NCBI GenBank assembly: GCA_000708835.1 | Contig: DF237090.1 | Span: 1-64,000, forward strand | DNA length: 64,000 nucleotides | Origin: Klebsormidium nitens | Lineage: Eukaryota > Plantae > Klebsormidiophyceae | Direction of reading: 5' to 3' | In this document: piece by piece, positions 60,066 to 64,000 of the stretch | Numbering within the stretch: position 1 is the first letter of the stretch | Layout of the letters: each line of letters begins with the position of its first letter | Made by a program: the position numbers and the translations under genes | Notes under the pieces: generated by a model | Seen by the model: only the letters and a program-made list of their open reading frames with translations | What the model was told of the DNA's origin: nothing | The model's database searches: none

Positions 60066-61949
60066 AGTATATGGAGGGGGACACTTTCGCTGTGCTCCAA
60101 TAACGGGCAACTCGATAAATGGTACATAGTAAGTCTCCTTAGATTTATAGGTGTGCGTGCTACAACGACTCTAATAAAAAGCTTTCAGTTTTGCAGAGGC
60201 CTTACGTTACATTGTCAATCCCATTGGACGGTCGTCTCTGATGATGACCTGCTATTGGCCACATCCTTATGGCGCGCCATGTTTGTCATTGGGTCAGGTT
60301 GAGGTCATGAGCGTGGCATGAGCCATGAAACTAAGTCAACCAGTAGTTTCCAGAAGCTCGTAAATTGAACTGTGTGTTTTGAAGCAAACCTAGGTTAATC
60401 CAATGGGCTCCGCGTACCGTAGGAGCGAGAGATTGTATTTTTCGCATGCGAAAATGTTGCAGTTACGGGTTGCCAATGCCACATTCATTGGATGGTGTGC
60501 GCCTTTTTGGTCGGCCCGACGCTCTGATACATGTAAAGGTTTGCGGTCCTCGGGTTAGCGGGCCTCGACACGACTTGATGCCGAGCAGTGGCGCAAACCC
60601 CTACATAGGAGCACCAAGTCCATGTTCTCGGTTGCTGAAAAACCCACATATGAATGGCAGTTGCACACAAAGTCGAAGTAAGAAACAGGTCGACCAGCCT
60701 GAGCCCTTATGATGATCGGCAGTTGTTATAACCGCGTTGAACCCGTCTGTTGCAAAAGCAGATGGGAACAATCTCAGTAGTTGAGGTAATCAGCTACAGC
60801 TTGTGAATGCTTGACTATAGGGTGAATTGTAAGCATCCCGTCATATACCTATTTGCGTACGTGTATCCACCTGCATCATGCCGACCGTCGGAATCTGTTG
60901 GTCGCTTGCAGACGACTTAGATGCGACTTGGATATCTGGTCTTCAGCGTGGCCAGTTGTGCAATTGCCGGTCTTGCATCCGACAAACGTGCCGCGCGCCC
61001 GGGCGCGCATTGCGATCAAGGATTTGTTAAGTTCGGCCACTTGATCGAGCAGCTGTGCCAAGAAAGAAGTTCCGGTTGCGCGGCCGCCCGCGCGTTGCAT
61101 GAGCGGGGTTTAGTAAAAGATTTTGTGGTCCGGTCGCGAGCCTGCGAGTACGTCTACGGTACATACCGAGCCCGACGGTACGGTCGGATGATCCCTCTGT
61201 AGCAATTCTGTGCACTGCCGGTGGAGTGCTCAGTCTGGAAAGGTACAGCGAACGCAACCGGCTGGGTCTTGTGGTCAAAGATCCGCATCTGTGGGGATTC
61301 TGTCTTGTCATCCTTTGGGCGCAGGACGAACTGACAAAGAACTGCAGCGGGAGTCCGGCCAGCAAGACGCCCGAGTGAACCTGGCCCGCGCTGACAGCGC
61401 ACAGCTAACCTGATCAAGTGGACCAAGCTTCATAAGAAAGCGTAGAGAGCACTTGAGTCAGTACCCTATGACTGCACCACGGTCTAAGGCTCACCGTGAC
61501 CATTTGCGGCACTGGATTGCTAGATGTGACATTGAAGGTGTTTGTGCTGATTGAGTTCATGGATCAATCTAGGCCAGTGTCTTAGAAACCTACAAAAAGT
61601 TCACGGCCGCGCACGTTCAGTTGTCGTTATAGGTAATGACAAGGCCAGAGATCTAGAGATTGTCGGACTTTTCTGGTAACAATGAAGTGCTCAGGCTTGC
61701 TTGCGATGGTGCTGGCACCAGCCACTGCACAAAAGCTCGTTTTTATCAGATCTCAGTTGCATGATTCTTGAAGCCGCAACAGCGGCTCCAGCACACCAAC
61801 AAAATTGGCACAAGTCTGCCCGTATCCATTCTCCAATCTGCTCCAGCCCACAGGCCGTCTGCCAGCTGTCCTCTGACCAACACAAGGGCAGCTTAATTTA
61901 CCTAAAGGTCACACCCACAAACACTAGTCATCCCAAAGCGCAAGTTTGA

Positions 61950-63855
61950 ATGGGTATCCTCTTTACCAAGCTTGGGAACGTTATTGGGCTCTTTTGCTCC
62001 AAACGGAAGGCGCGCATTCTTTGCCTGGGGCTGGACGATGCAGGCAAGACAACAGTCCTGTACACGCTGAAGCTGGGGATTATGGACCGGTACTCAATTC
62101 CCACCATTGGCTTCAATGTGGAGACCGTGCGGTATCGCAACATCAGCTTCGAAGTGAGATGACCAGACTGGATTGTCAACTTTTCGAACCATAGTCTAAA
62201 CATTTCTGGGGTTGCATTGTATCGCTCTATGGAGAAGGGTGTTGCTTGGGTGCATAGGTCTTCCCTTGATTTGCGAGATTCTCAGAGAGCGCCCATTGCA
62301 GCATCCATCTAAGATCTGCTCCAAATTGGGTTGCAGAATAGTCCTTGGGACATGCTTGGAAGGACTTAAAAGAAGGAGGTTTTTCTAGCTCAACTTCATA
62401 TCGGAATTGTTCCTAGCGATATACTGGTATTATAGTAGCAGCCACCGAGTATGAAGGTACAAAGATAAGACCTGTAGCTGTTTAAGAGCTTAGGAGTTTT
62501 AAGAGCTCTATTGCTTTGGTGTGTTCAGCCAATTGAACCAGGTGCTTTGAGGTGTCTGGATCGGGTGTCTGGATCTCCTTGCCTTCGCCTAAAGGCTGGA
62601 GGAAATTGAAGAAAACGAAAACAAAAACTCTTGTGAACGACCTGCTGATCCACAAGGCTTTCACTTTTAAAGCAACTTCTCCCGTTCGAGTCTCTTGATA
62701 ACGATCTCTCTTTGTATCCAGTGAATCCGGATTCTTCTTTTGCAAAATTGCCGATAGGGATTCTGCACCAGAAATTTCGAGTATTGGCATCAGTGCCGGT
62801 ATTATCAGACGTCGTCTCAATTCGGCCCGTCTCACGTGCGTTGGGCGTTTGTTTAGCATGAAAGAACAGCTTTGAATGGCTCCTTGCAAGACCGAATTTA
62901 CAGGTGAAGAGTTCTGCAGCTCGTATCAACAAGGAGAGAGCGGAATCTTCCTGCTGGCTTCCACACCCAAGAAGCCAAGAACCGACTCGCTTTGAAATCC
63001 TTTTTTGCCCCATTTTTGACCATTGTGGCTCTCGATTGGTGTGGGCAGAGGAGAGCACCACGAGTCCCTGGATGTAGCAGTCGTAGTTATAAACAACAAT
63101 GCCCCTGTAGGGGACCAAAGCAGTCTTGCTAGCGCTTAACGTCGAATTCGTCATACTACGTTCAATTCCACTGACAACGTTCGCTTCCGTCTTTGACACT
63201 CGCAGATGTGGGACCTGGGCGGGCGGCAGCAGCGGCATCTGTGGGGCCACTACTTCCAGGGCACGCCGCAGGGCCTCATTTTCGTGGTGGACAGCCAGGA
63301 CCGCGCGCGCGTGCAGGAGGCGCGCGAGGTGCTGCACGCCGTTCTGAGCGCTGAGGAGATGCGCCACGTGGCCGTGCTCGTCTTCGCCAACAAGCAGGTC
63401 GGTCGACCGGGGCTGGGGGTCCTTCTTTTAGACAGGTCTTGCTGAGTGAATGAAAGAGGGCAAAGTCAGCGGCGGGTTGTCCTTGTTAAGGCAGCTTCTC
63501 GACTCTGTTTGTGGACAGGAGTTGCGTCTCAAGATGCTAACAACCAGTATTGTGACAACCAACGTCCCGATACCGGTTCACTTCGGCACGAGGTTCTCTA
63601 CTATGAGCAACGATCTCAAAGAGCGGGAAGAGACAGAAAGGTTCCGGACGGTTCCCCAAATCTGAACCCGTGCTTATCTTTTTGTAGGACCTGCCCAATG
63701 CGATGACAGCCGCCGAGCTGAGGGACGAGCTGGAGTTGTTCTCCATCCGGCAGCGCAGCTGGTTCGTCCAGAGCGCGCGCGCGCGGACCGGGGAGGGGCT
63801 GAACGAGGGGCTCGACTGGCTGGCGGGGCACCTGCCCGAGAAAGACGAGACCTAG
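61950..63855 (+). CDS. ARF-family small GTPase, atypical, 187 aa
   Basis: Exons 61950-62153, 63206-63397, 63688-63855. Gly2 myristoylation site, [30 protein letters not shown] and [11 protein letters not shown]. Confidence 0.93.
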
Positions 63856-64000
63856 ACTCAACGGAAAGCGTATAATATCAAGATGAAGAGAAGCTTTGCC
63901 AGAATAGCTGCAAAGAGTACGTCTTTTATTCTCTCAAGGTCTGATTTGAGCCTTTTGTAAAAGAAGTTGGAGTTGCACATGTACAAACGATCAGCCCCTG

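Noticed and set aside
60238-60790. Box C-like TGATGA motifs (60240, 60710) suggesting snoRNAs
   Set aside because: No CTGA box D or terminal stem at a suitable distance.
60414-61162. GTACCGTAG / CTACGGTAC inverted pair resembling MITE ends
   Set aside because: Only 9 bp including the TA, no inward extension, and such pairs are expected often by chance.
62525-63367. 280-aa antisense ORF across ARF intron 1 and exon 2
   Set aside because: Its start is the antisense shadow of a GC-rich coding exon, and the rest has no recognisable motif.
1-64000. tRNA, rRNA, spliceosomal snRNA and CRISPR arrays
   Set aside because: No T-loop/cloverleaf, rRNA or snRNA signatures and no regularly spaced repeat-spacer array seen by eye. 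tRNAscan-SE and Infernal would be needed to exclude divergent cases.

Overview
Intron-rich eukaryotic nuclear DNA. Gene content and GT-AG intron style point to a streptophyte green alga such as Klebsormidium; this is an inference, not a database match. I rebuilt spliced models by hand, and their exon lengths sum to whole codons: a PXA-PX-PXC sorting nexin, a plant-type uncharacterised protein with a SQTRAR motif, a deoxynucleoside kinase (dNK), a DUF4864-like plastid-type protein, ASF1, a DUF3429/TMEM69-like protein, an acidic RING-H2 E3 ligase, NBP35 and an atypical ARF-family GTPase. Less expected content: a head-to-head pair of short paralogous His/acid-rich and Gln/Pro/Tyr-rich genes resembling ASR (ABA/WDS) and GPRP stress proteins, one frameshifted in an A7 run; a phase-consistent 8-exon orphan gene whose N-terminus resembles a decayed Pif1-type 2B domain; a 454-codon orphan ORF; three TA-flanked MITE-like elements; and a duplicated in-frame splice acceptor inside the PX domain. 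By eye I found no rRNA, tRNA, snRNA or CRISPR array. All family assignments come from remembered motifs and need HMM or BLAST confirmation. I cannot claim a proven new system; the paralog pair, the orphan gene and the ARF are the best leads.
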